Shown one piece after another: positions 51,618 to 63,229 of a stretch of DNA of 64,000 bases (position 1 is its first letter; every line of letters starts with the position of its first letter). A model generated the notes under the pieces. The model did no database searches. It was given only the letters and a program-made list of their open reading frames with translations, and was not told where the DNA came from. Source of the DNA: Lama glama (Eukaryota); assembly GCA_028534125.1 (NCBI GenBank), contig CM052816.1, forward strand, positions 50,966,001-51,030,000. The letters run 5' to 3'. Position numbers and translations under genes: made by a program.

Positions 51618-51773
51618 TAGCTCACAGCGAGAAAAAATGTGACAACAAATGTATGTATGTTCATGCATAAGTGAAAATTGTGCTCTACACTGGAATTTGA
51701 CACAACATTGTAAAATGACTATAACTCAATAAAAAATGTTAAAAAAAGAATATTGAGGAAAAATTTTAAAAAG
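51618..51773 (+). mobile_element. Very short, young camelid-type L1 3' end with a 10-bp TSD
   Basis: 'ctcacagcgagaaaaaatgtgacaac...aaaattgtgctctacactggaatttgacacaacattgtaaaatgactataactcaataaaaaatgttaaaaaaa'; 'aactattact' at 51608-51617 and 51774-51783. Confidence 0.88.
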
Positions 51774-51785
51774 AACTATTACTAA

Positions 51786-52045
51786 CAATATTAGTAGCTA
51801 ATATTTATTGAGCATTTAGTATGAGCTAGGTGTCATGCTGAGTAATTTGTAATTATAACCTCACTTAGTCCCACAATTACTCTGTCAGATAGTTACTATT
51901 ATTATCCACATTCTGCAGGGGAGCAAACTGAAGTTCACAGAGATGAAGTCAATTTACCAAGAAGATGCCAATATTAAAAGTAGATCATGGAGAGGAACTC
52001 AGGTTTTTCTGAATCCAAAGCCTACTATTTTGACTACTACATGAA
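51786..52045 (-). mobile_element. MIR SINE
   Basis: 'agctaatatttattgagcatttagtatgagctaggtg...tattattatccacattctgcaggggagcaaactgaagttcacagagatgaag'. Confidence 0.85.
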
Positions 52046-53149
52046 ACTGACTCACCAAAATTTCCTTCCATCCATCATTTTACTGAATTATAATAAAATA
52101 AAGAACCAGGTTTAATTTGAAGCAAAAGGTTAGATTCTATGGAAAAAGCAAGTCTGCTTATAAAGAAATGTTGTTTCTTCAAGGGAAATAAATATCATGT
52201 CCAAAGCATCACCATTATTATAAAAAGAATTTGCAGAGAAGGAAAGAGAGATTTTCTCTCCCAACCTGCAACAGTGACAACAGAGTAATTCGTATAAGTT
52301 CACAACTAGCCCAACTCAGCATCAGCTGTGGTTTACAACTTAGTGCCGCCAAAGTCAATTTATTGGCAATATTAGCCAATTCTTCACAGTGCAAAAGTAA
52401 TTTCCAAATAGAAAATTTTACACTCGGGTAATATCTAAATTTTTGGAATACTTGGAATTAAATAAAATTTGAAAATTTTTATTCAAGTGGCTAATCTTTA
52501 TCTTTAGGGGTAAGCTGCCAAATACTTCTTGTATTAAAAGAGTACTTGATGAACTACAATACACACATATATCTAATATGCCTACAGAGTGGTATACTTC
52601 TTGACTGATAGATAAAAGTTTGTAAGAAATCAGAATGTTGCCAATAACCTTGCTGTGCAGGACCTCACAGAGAAACCCAAATTGATGTGCCAGTAAAAAT
52701 CGCATTCCCTTTTCCAAGGAGTGAATAGGCATAGCAGTGAATAACACAGACCCAGAAGATGAGTGAGAATATTCACAAACCAGTCAGTGATAGTGCTAAT
52801 TCACTTCCAACCCTTCACAGGTCTGCTACCAAATTTTAATCAATATGTTCATAGCCCATAAAATCCAAGAGACCTAGGTAGTCCAAGCTTGGGGTAACAT
52901 TATATTCTTCAAGAAAATAAAGTCCAAATACTGAAAGTAATTCTAAAAGTAATTCAAATAATTTACTTGCATTTCTGGAAGACTCCATTCATAATCTGCA
53001 ACAATAAATTTTAAATTTTGTTTCTTCTCTTCCCCAATTCTCTAGGGCCCAGAGATTAAGAATCACTAAATTTTCCAAAACTCTGCTGAAACTCAGCCAT
53101 GAATGGTAGGTTGCGTTGTTGATAACACTTTTTCCTTTCCGATTCTTCC

Positions 53150-53511
53150 TCTGTGGGAAGATTATACTTCCTTCCTCATCTCATTAATATTGGCCATGGC
53201 CAAATGACTTGCTTTGACCAATGGAATGAGAGTAGACATAATGTATCCCACATGCCAAAACAAAGCAGAGGCTTTAAGTGTGCTTGTATGGGTTGACTTT
53301 GTTTCTCGTGCTCACTTCTGCCTGCCTTTTGCCATGAGAATAGAAAGCCCAAGTAGTCCTGACATGAGAGACACATGGAACTTGGCCCAGAGCCTGGAAC
53401 AAAACCACCAGAGCTTACCACAAACCTGTGAGAACTTAATTTTTTGGCTCTGTAAGACACTGAGATTTGGTGGTGTTTGTTACACAGCATGTTGCAGCCA
53501 AAGGTAATACA
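53150..53511 (+). mobile_element. MLT1I/J-like MaLR LTR
   Basis: 'ggccaaatgacttgctttgaccaatggaatgagagtagac...tgtaagacactgagatttggtggtgtttgttacacagca...taataca'. Confidence 0.85.
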
Positions 53512-56242
53512 CAATGTGGCTTTCTCCTTTCCTTCTGTTTTCTCTGTAAGTAAGCACCCTGCCTCTTTAGGATAGAGAAATTGGAATAAACAATACAAGA
53601 TTAATTCAACTGAGAGAAATAAAAGTATTACCTAGATAATGACTGGGAAAATGACATCATACAACATCAAAGAGGGCAGCCTCTAAGACTGAGTTGTAAA
53701 ACTGACATGGCCATCATCAGTGAGTCTTGCAGTCAGCAAAGCCAGTATCACCCAGTGTTTAACGGGAGGACTATAATAGCCTCAAATAAAAATATAAGCC
53801 ACCTTAGCTTGCCTGCAAGGAAGAAGGGGCATGTGGGGCCTGGTAATAAGGAATTACACTGGCAGGAATGTAAACAAGACACACCTTGACCTACCTGTCC
53901 ATACCTACTTGATTGTACTCTAGTCTATATTTGCCTGAGAACCCTGTGTTGGCTGTTGTCACTGCTTTAAGAAGAAATATTGATATTACCTCTTGCATGA
54001 AACCAAAAACATAATTTAGAGGTTGTTCTTTATTAATTAAGCCAATGTATTTCTCACCCCAATTGCCTTGGTACTTCCATCCTGCTGTGTGGCTGGACCG
54101 AGGACTTGGGTATTAATATATAGACTTTGTCCCAAGAGCAGTCTAGCCCTTAACACAGGCGATTCTTTTGATAAACAGTATTGGATATTACATTGGTAAT
54201 TATGTCTTTAACTGAATTACCAATTGATTGTTAGAAATGATCAGGAGCTGAGAGCACTTCTGCCTCCAGACAGATGGAGGACCATAAAACTTGATGAGTC
54301 AAGTAGCCCCCTGAAGGCCCACAGCATCCTCACTGATTGGAGTTAAGATGAGTTCTGAGAATAGACTGACCTTTGATCAGATACAATGTGAATAAGCCTA
54401 AATTTCTCTCAGGTTCCTGAAGGTAGGAGTCAATGGGGGCCCAGGGTAAAGAAGCCTTCACTGTTGTTCCTTAAAAGGATGCATCTCACAAAAGTATAAA
54501 CTCCTTGCAAGCCTTCTCTTTCCTAGTGTTTACCAAGCTAATATTACCAAATAACTCAAAGAAATAATAAAATTAAACCAAGTGCCATTGGTTCAAGCAC
54601 CATGTCCCCTGCTGCTGACTCAAGAAGCCCTGTGTAAGTGCTTTCGCTTTTATTTTAACTCCTTTCTTCTTCAAAATGCCATGTTTTTCTAACAAATTAA
54701 TATAGCAAATCATTTTTCACCCAGTTAAAATTACCAATACAAGACAACGCTTTGCACAGGGCTGATTAGGCAATTGCAAGGGATGAGGGATGAATTCTAA
54801 CATTTATGCACCACCCAAATGACTAAGATTTATAACTGTAAACCTACAAATCTCTGGCTTATATATGCAAATGTGGGGCCAATTAGTGATTCACCTGCAA
54901 CTGCTAATTAAAAAGCCGAGGGTGATGGATTGCCACTAAGTGGGTAGACTAGGGCCTGGCTGTTCAGCATCATCTATTCCCACACAAAGGACACCCCAAG
55001 GAGAGAATATCTGTAGATTAGCTCCCTAAAGAGCCATCAGAATTTTATATCTACTAATTTGGAAGAAAAAAAATAAGTTGTGTGGGAAAATGTAATTATA
55101 ATGTAGCTAGAAAATAAAAAAAGGCAAAGCAAACCAAGCATTGTTGCATCATTAAAAGAGAAAATAACCCTTCTGGGTAATTTTCCCATGGAATTCAGAA
55201 CAACAAAAAAAAATTGGAAAAAGGTTTGGAAGAAACCGCATGTGATTCTTTCCCCTTCAATTACAACAAATTTCCACAGTTTTCAACTCAGCAAAATGTC
55301 TGAACCAAAGCTTGGCAAATAGTAGAGAATAAAATTGTTTAATAAAATAAAAAATTCAAGTCCAAGCCTTCCAGACAGCTAGGTTGAATAGGTTCTCATA
55401 TTACTTAAACTAAGGTTGGAGATATTTATTCAATATCTGACTTTCAGTTTCAGCTGAAACAATCTAATTAAAATTCAGATTGAAAAAAAAAAAAACCCAT
55501 CCTGCTTCTCAGAGTCCACAAGCAGCTGCGTCTGTAGACCTCCAGTTCCCTCCGGTATCCAGTGCTAGGATATGTATTCCTTCGTCAGCCCTCTGGCTCA
55601 GTCACAGATGCATGTTACCAAACCACTGCTGTGGCCACAGTGCTTTATGATCTCCTATCCCTCAAACCCATACCTTTTCATAATTCTCATGGCTTAACCC
55701 AAAGCACAACCACAGCATCAGCTACTTGGACCAAGGGCCAGGCCTGTGGCCACAAAGACCTCGCTTTCAAAGAGCTGCTGAATTCAGGGTCTTGTTTGGT
55801 CAGGAGCATCTCTTTTACTCAGCCCTTATGTGTTGGGAAGTACCAACGTTCCTGCCCAATGGCTTCCCGCATATGGCATCCTGGAGGTACAGAGAGCCTA
55901 ATGAGGTGTCATATAAAAAATACTCCTTAATGAAGTGACCTCAGAGGAGAAACAGCAGGTGGGCAACATCAGTGCACTACTGGCAGGAAAACCTACTGGA
56001 TGCTCATTAGGTTTACCTCATCAGTAAATATCACTGCCTTGGAGAAAGAAGAAATAAATAACTCTTAGCCAAGGTATGTTGAAATCCCGGACTTTTAGCC
56101 TCATAGCAACACCACCCAAAGTCTCCTTGCTCTGCTTTGTTTATAATCCCTTATGCTCAACTTGTACACTATTTAGTTTTACTCTCATTAAGTAATTGTA
56201 TTTAGAGTAAAAATATACTATATCTTCCTAGATTACATGTGT

Positions 56243-56410
56243 TAAAATATTTGCTGAGTGCCTACTATGTGACATGTGTTTCTTGTTGCATTACAGCCAT
56301 GAGTCTTTCCACCAATCAGATGAGGGTGTGACTTGCTCTAAATCAGTAAATTCTCAGGTAGTTGAGCAGGCATTCAAGCTCCAGACCTGGCTCTTCCCCT
56401 TGCGCTGCAG
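56243..56410 (-). mobile_element. MIR fragment
   Basis: 'atttgctgagtgcctactatgtg...gtgacttgctctaaatc...gagcaggcattcaagctccagacc'. Confidence 0.65.
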
Positions 56411-56618
56411 CTGCCACCCACTATTTGGAGAGCCATTTTCTCCCTGGGCTTTGTCTTCTATTGCTTTTCACTTGAATATGCTCCCTATTCTTTTTGAAAT
56501 CATCTTCTTGTGGCTTTTACCCATTTATCCCTGCTTTCCTCATGCTTTTGTTTTCTCTGTTTTTCCCAGCTCTCTTTTTGCGCTTCTATCTTTATACTCT
56601 CTTTACACTTGTGCTTTT

Positions 56619-57287
56619 TGAAAGGTAGCAGAATATGCCACCTCAAAATATGCCTCTTTGGCATAAGGATTATTTTGAGCTGCAGACACAGGAAGAGGTC
56701 TGAAAACAGAGTAGAAGTTACTCTTTTGTAAGGGAAATTTACATTAGAAAGGGAATCTGTATGAGGAAGAGAACTATTACCAGAGATCACTTTTTCACCT
56801 GAGACTCTTACCTACAGGGCAAGGCAACCTTTGTTTTTATTTTGTTTTTACTGAGACATAATTGACATTTAACATTATATTAGTTTCATGGGTACTAAAC
56901 AATGATTCAGTATCTGTATACATTGTGAAATGATCACCACAATAAGTCCATCACCTCACATAGTTACAAATTTTTTTTCTTGTGATGAGAACTTCTAAGG
57001 TCTACTCAGGATAATCTTTGATTACCAAAGATTCACCTTTCTGTAAATTACCTTCCCAACTTCGAAGTTCTAGACCCTATCCTTCTCCTTAGCTCAGTAT
57101 GGTATATGAGCCTCAATCTCTGGGCTGCCTTTTGAATCTCATATCTTTGTGGGGCTCCTATGTACATACCTATGTCACTAAAATTATTTTAACTTTTTTC
57201 TTTCTCCTATTAACCTGTCTTTCTTTACAGGGGGTCTCAGTGAAGAACAATGAAGGATAGAGGAAAAATTACTTTTATCTCCCGTAT
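56619..57287 (+). mobile_element. MER34-family ERV1 solo LTR, interrupted by an L1 fragment
   Basis: Start 'tgaaaggtagcagaatatgccacctcaaaatatgcctctttggcataaggattattttgagctg'; end 'ttctcctattaacctgtct...acagggggtctcag...gaaggatagaggaaaaattac'. Confidence 0.85.
56834..57008 (-). mobile_element. L1 extreme 3' end inserted in the MER34 LTR
   Basis: 'actgagacataattgacatttaacattatattagtttca...caatgattcagtatctgtatacattgtgaaatgatcaccacaataagtc...cttgtgatgagaact'; flanks 'ggcaacctttg' and 'ggataatctttg' look like a decayed TSD. Confidence 0.88.
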
Positions 57288-58060
57288 ACTTCTGACATTT
57301 ATGCCTCACCACTTTCCTAATCCATATTTTTCTACCCTTCTCCTATAATCTTAATCCTCTATATCCTTTTATTCCTGCCACAACAAATTAAGTGCATAAT
57401 GAGGGCTCTGAATTTCTTTAACTTGGCCTTTAGGTCATAAATTCACTACACAGAATTCTGGGATGAGTAAAGCCATTATCATGTATCTACTGTTAAGGGG
57501 ACTTAGCACTTGGTCATGTAAATTGCCTTAGATTACTCTAGGACCACCTGAGGAGATTAAAGGTACTGGTGCTTGCACCACCATAAAGATACACTAATAT
57601 GAATCAGGTTGATTGGAACTCATTCCCGGGTTAGTATGTTTTCTGTGTTTTGAAAGAGCTTGGGTGACAGAAGTTCAAAAGGAATGCAAAGGAGATTCTC
57701 ACAAAAGAGTTTTTGAAGACCTGTTGTCTGTTGGACTCTACCAGAATCCATGCTAAACAATGGTCGTGAATTTAAGGAGACCTCTACTTGGGCTGTCTAA
57801 ATACACACCAACATCCTCATTCTGTCAGTGGATTATTACTTGGGATAACAGCTTTACATTTCAAAATTATTACTCCCTTATTCACTAAGTATATGCCCTG
57901 ACAAAAATTTTTGGTCTAATTGTACTTTTTATAATACTTCTGTGCATACTGTAACATTCAATCACCATGAATAATGCTTTGTTTAAGAACAGGTTGGGGC
58001 AGCCTAAGAATTTAGGCTTGTTAAACTTATGTGAGAATTTGATTTTTAAAAATGAAATTC

Positions 58061-58380
58061 TGAAACTATTCTGAATGATACTATAATAGTGGATACATGT
58101 GCATTATACATTTGTCAAAACCCATGGAAAGTACACCACCAAAAATAAACCTTCACGTAAACTACGGACTTTGAGTGATAATGATTTATCATCATGTCAT
58201 TCACAATGAAATATCAGCATAGGTTCATCAGTTGTTAACAAATGTGCCACTGTGATGCAAAATGTTGATAGTGGGGGAGGCTGTGCTTATAAGGGGGTAG
58301 GGGTGATACAGAAGTCTTTTACCTTCCATTCAATTTTTCTGTGAATCTAAAACTGCTCTAAAAAAGTAAAGTCTACTAAA
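58061..58380 (+). mobile_element. L1MC-like 3' UTR
   Basis: 'tgaaactattctgaatgatactataatagtggatacatg...cattatacatttgtcaaaacccat...gtaaactacggactttgagtgataatg...tctaaaactgctctaaaaaagtaaagtct'; flanks 'aaaaatgaaattc' and 'aaaaatgaagtcc' resemble a TSD. Confidence 0.9.
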
Positions 58381-59999
58381 AAATGAAGTCCAGCTTCTCT
58401 TAATATATATACACACATGCACATGTTCTAGAAAACTTAATTTTGTTTGATACAATGTTAGAAATACTCATGCACCTTGATTGCAAATTGTTTTTACTTT
58501 GACATCACAACATTTCAATATAAAGGAAACAATCAAAAGTGGGCTCCAAGAAAGATACCAAGAAGTCCACTGCAAGAATTAAGCGTGATTCCCAATAACT
58601 GTGGGAAAACCTCAAAGGAAATTCAGCCAGTATACGGTCAATTTTAAATTTAACAAATATATCTTCAAGATTTATTAGCTAGCAGGGATGAGTGGTAGGA
58701 ACTGATACTTGCACAGCTTTTTTCAATCTTTGGCTGTAACCATCCCTTAGGAAAGAATGCTTTCTTTTGTTTTCTGCCTTTGATCCATACAGGCCCAGAC
58801 TTACAACCTGTCAACAACCTCTTCTATGCAACCAGCAAGTGTAAAACTTTTGTCAATAAACAACTCACACACTTGTCTACAGCATCAGAGCAGCTTCTTT
58901 CTCAGGTTCTCCGCAAGCACAATGGACGAGATTTTATCATGGGCAGTTCCAATAATGTAGCTGCAACCAATTTATTAGAAAATAGCTAGACAGTAATCTA
59001 GATGGAGCTGTTTCTCTGCTGTTATTGTATCTACTCCTTCTTCAGCACTGGCTTTCTGAAGCTTCCAATGGTCTGGTCTCATTTTTCAAGTCATTTGTCT
59101 ACTTCCAACTAACCTTGGTAAGAGATTCTAGTGATGAAGACATAATGACTGAACCAAGTCTTCCCTAACTTATTTATTCATACTGAATTAATTATTAATT
59201 TTCTAAATATGCTCTTCCTGGGGCCCCATTACTTGTTCTTTCAACTCCAGATGGTCAAGGGCTCAAATCTGCATTATCTTTGGAATCACAACCAATGAAA
59301 GGGAAAGTAGAATGACCAGAAAGCAGAGAGAAGGAAAACTACTACTCTAAGAAAAGAGTCAGAAGCCATCTCTTATTCCAAATCCCTAAAGACAGTAAAA
59401 GAAAAAAAGAAACAGGAAAAAAAAAAAAAGTACATAGGCCATAATCCATCCCTGTATGGATAGTAAAACTATCACAGGAAGACCCAATCTTGTTTTCGTT
59501 TTCTATGGAAATTTCTTTGCTCATCAAATAAGAGTCAAGATTTTTATCTTATTGTGCTGGTGACAAGCCTTGTTTTTAGGTTGGAAGATCATTTAGAATT
59601 TGTGCTCAGAGTTGTCTTAATATTTTGCTCCTGTGTATTTAAACAGAAAGAAAAAGCCTAGGGTAAGAAATATTTAGATGGCAAAGGGTATTGAGCTTCT
59701 TTGATAGGAACCCTGTAACTCTTCTTTTTTCTCTCCATCACCAGCTCTTCATTTTAGGAGGAGCTGGAGATACAAAAAAATCTTGAGGTTAACCAGAATA
59801 CAGGTCCCATGTAATGCATTTTCTGGGTCTTCTAATGATTCCTACTAGATTCTAATGTGTTAGGAAAAATGCTCATAGCTGCTGGGCCTTCATTCTGTCA
59901 AAACCCTTCTCCCCTGTCCTTAGTGAACTTGGCTTTTTTCTTGATCACATTCAACATTTACTCAATTAACTAAGACTTCAAAACATCCCATATCCCCAG

Positions 60000-60150
60000 G
60001 AGGAAGTGAATGGGGATATCGATGAAACAAGATTGGACGTAAGTAATAATTACTGAATCTGAGTGATGAGTATATGAGTTTGTTATACTATTCTCTTTAC
60101 TTTTGTATATTTGAAATTTTTCCTAATAAATTTTCCATAATAAAAAGTTT
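60000..60150 (+). mobile_element. L1MC/MD-like 3' end
   Basis: 'gatgaaacaagattgg...taattactgaatctgagtgatgagtatatgag...ttatactattctctttacttttgtatatttgaaattttt'. Confidence 0.8.
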
Positions 60151-60494
60151 AACCATCCATCATCTCAGTAAAGTACAGTATTTTAAATAAGTTCTGAAAA
60201 ATATCTCCCAGAAAATACTATAGTGTCATAGTTATTCTAAATTCTGTCTCTAAATATTATAGCAGAGAACTTCCTTGTCCCTTACTGAAGGTAATTCAGC
60301 TTACATGCTCTTCTTTTACACTTAAAAAACACAATCAGTTGTTTTGACCAGCATTTGTGAATTATTAGCTCTATGTCTCCCAACGTTGCGTGCATTTTTA
60401 AAGAGGCTAGGAAAAGCAAACCCTAAAAGAATGGCTTGACACCTGGCAAGTTAGTTGGGGAGATCATTTGTGGGCAGGTCTTCTGTGACTCCTA

Positions 60495-61150
60495 TGTAGT
60501 AGAAGCTGTTGGTGTCCTGCCCAGATCCCCTTCACCAGCCAGGGACCATCACTTAGTTGTCAAGAGTGTTGGCCAGGTGTGTGCTGGTAAATGTTTAACA
60601 ACTGGCTCTTGATAGGGGTGTAAGAGCTCTTGAGTTGTAGCTTTTGTAGATTTTTATGATGCAAATGCTCTCATCATGGCTGATTTTAAGCTAGCAAGAT
60701 GATGTGACTGAATGGGGAGTTGGGAAGTAAAGCACACAGACAGCTCTTGATTGCTGTGTGAGATGACTCTAGCCCACCACCTGGTTGCACACAGCTGTTC
60801 CTTTCTTTGGAGAACTGCCCCCATCTTTCCTTCCCACTCCCACTAAAGAGAGTCACCTCTCAAGGCTTCAGGTAGGGATAGCCTGTGGACAATGACTAAC
60901 TGATATGAAGTACAAAATCTCAGCCCCTTTGACTCATGGATAATCAATTCTGTAGTGTGATTTATTTATCACTTCCATAAATCAGATTATGTTCCTTGAG
61001 ACTACCTCATTGTTCAGCTCTTTCCCCTTTCCTATCCAGTTTCCCTCACTTATTAGCAGGTTTTTTTCTTTAAAGAGCATGACCTCAGTAAATTACATGC
61101 AGCAGAATGCCTCCCTCAGGCTCTGCATCTAGGAAACCCAACCTAAGACA
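60495..61150 (+). mobile_element. LTR16C-like ERVL solo LTR, interrupted by MER63
   Basis: Start 'tgtagtagaagctgttggtgtcctgcccagatccccttcacc'; end 'ctcaggctctgcatctaggaaacccaacctaagaca'. Confidence 0.85.
60574..60783 (+). mobile_element. MER63A-like hAT-Blackjack DNA transposon
   Basis: 'gtgtgctggtaaatgtttaacaactggctc...catggctgattttaagctagcaa...actgaatggggagttgggaag...ctctagcccaccacctg'. Confidence 0.85.
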
Positions 61151-61694
61151 CGTTCAAAACATACTTCAAGGGTTAAGCTTTCCTAAACTTTCCCTCCAGT
61201 GCATCGCTAATGAAATAATTCTAAGAGACCTAGAAGTATAACCCAAAGCATCCAACTACAAACCCCATGCTTTCAGAATCTTCTATTTCACAATAAAAAT
61301 ACATGTGAAAATGAAAGCATTTTCATAGTATTTGTGTTTAACATAAAAAATGTCTTCCTTTTTCCCAGAATTCTTGGGTAGAATCAATGCTCCAATGCTC
61401 CAAGGTATTGAACTATAATGGTCCCATGGCTGTTTTATCCTGAAGGCATGCATGCCCCAGTCTGGGAATCCTGAACAAGAAGTTAGGGGAAATCTACACT
61501 CAGACCCTGGATGCTCAGCTTCCAACCCCAGAATGTGCAATGTGCTTTGCCAATCCTTTAGAGCCTGTCTCTTTAGCACTACAAACTCGTAATAGACCTG
61601 CCCCACAGTTTCAGTAAATACCAGTTTCTCTTCTAGTTTAATCAAGAAGGAAATGAGGGAGGGAGGAGAAAAGAAAGAATGCAGTCACTGATAG

Positions 61695-61865
61695 TTAGAA
61701 CTCAAAGTGATCTGAAAGCATTCTTTCTAGCCTTCTGTTTTACAGATGAGAAAACTGAGAATTGAGGCATAAAAGTAATTTGAAGGTCAAGAAATCAGTT
61801 AATGCTGGAACCAAATTGGTCTTGTCCCTGGATTCCCAGGCCAGAGGTCTCCCTTCTAGTCCATG
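61695..61865 (-). mobile_element. MIR/MIR3 fragment
   Basis: 'tctagccttctgttttacagatgagaaaactgag'. Confidence 0.7.
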
Positions 61866-62146
61866 TTGGCTGCCCAGATTTTGAGGACAGTCTTGGTATC
61901 AGTAAAGGAACAGAAAGATCTGAAGTGTGTTGTCACTCAGTAAAATGTCTCCGCTGATACCCAGGGTTGGGTTGTGGTTTATTTAGCAAAGCAGCTTTCA
62001 GACTCCAAGTGTTTCCAAATGAGAGTTAGAAACTGACTCTTCATCCAAAAGGAGACCTAAGTGAGAATTGTCTGATACTTCCCTGCTGGAGTCCCTTGAT
62101 AAAAGATGGTCTGAGAATGCCCTCTGGTGACTTCCCATTGCATGTT

Positions 62147-62285
62147 CAGGCAATTTAGAGGGAGGTGGCTGTGGAAAAGGAGGAAGAGAGGCTGGGCTCC
62201 TGGAAATGGTCTTCCCAGGCAATTTAGAGGGAGGTGGCTGTGGAAAAGGAGGAAGAGAGGCTGGGCTCCTGGAAATGGTCTTCCC
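62147..62285. repeat. Perfect two-copy 69-bp tandem duplication
   Basis: 62147-62215 equals 62216-62284 ('caggcaatttagagggaggtgg...ggaaatggtcttcc'); it also shows up as repeated peptides in three overlapping ORFs. Confidence 0.98.
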
Positions 62286-62897
62286 TTCCAAAAAATGTGG
62301 CGTGGGTGTTCTGTCAGCAAACTGTGGCAGGATCCAACCAGGAAGTTGGGTAAATACATAATACATGGTTATGCCTCTGTGGCATTTGTCTTCTGTTCTC
62401 TAACAATGACTATGATTCTTTTTAATTGCACAATTATTTCAATACTTGCTGAACTCATATTGTATTAATATAAGGCACAGAAACAATAACAAATTGGTAG
62501 GCATAAAATTTTCTAACACAATTTTAATTTAGGCATGTCCTTCTCCAGTTTACTGTATAAGATGATCACCATTTCCCAAGAAAATGAACAAAGCATACCC
62601 CTAGGTTTTTGGAAGGGAGCCCATCTTCTCAAGGCCACTGCCACTTCATTTTTGAAGACATATATTTGAGAAAAAGATTGATGCTTGTGCTCTAGGATGC
62701 ACCCCTGAAGAAGCTGAAAGGAGCATTGAGTAGACACAATGGGAAGACGATTCAAATGCAATTAAAAGCCTTCTAGGACTATGACCTAGATATGTTTGTC
62801 TCTTTTAAAACTTACATGGATCCAAATATAAAATGTTAGGTTCGGAAAGGAGAGCATCTATTCCAACATTCCCTCACTGGTCATTAGGACCAGTAAC

Positions 62898-63140
62898 AGT
62901 AATAACTGTCAGTTGTTGAGGATTTGCTAGGTGCCAGGCAATGTGCTAAGCACTTCATATGGATTAATTTAAGTCCTCAAACCTACCATAGGAGAAAGAA
63001 ACTGTTATTATACAGGTAAGAAATCTGAGGCAGGGAGATATTAAATAAATTGCCCAAGGTCACACAGACACTAGTGAAACCAGAACTCAAACTCAACCAG
63101 TTCATCAAGCTCCGAGCCCATTCTTTTAGACACCCTGTCA
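62898..63140 (-). mobile_element. MIR SINE
   Basis: 'gtgccaggcaatgtgctaagcacttcatatggatt...aagaaatctgaggcagggagatattaaataaattgcccaaggtcacacag'. Confidence 0.9.
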
Positions 63141-63229
63141 TTTGGCCTCCACAACTTTCCTAAACAGCTGTCCTGTCCCCTCTCCTTGAATTTATTCAAT
63201 AATAAGCAAATCATTCTAGTATCTAACAG

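Noticed and set aside
59054..59122. Plus-strand exon-like segment ending TTG|GTAAGA (HWLSEASNGLVSFFKSFVYFQLTL)
   Set aside because: The peptide is unrecognised, there are no partner exons, and GT-AG pairs of this quality are frequent by chance.
61998..62468. ORFs with an internal 23-aa repeat
   Set aside because: The repeat comes from the 69-bp duplication and appears on both strands.
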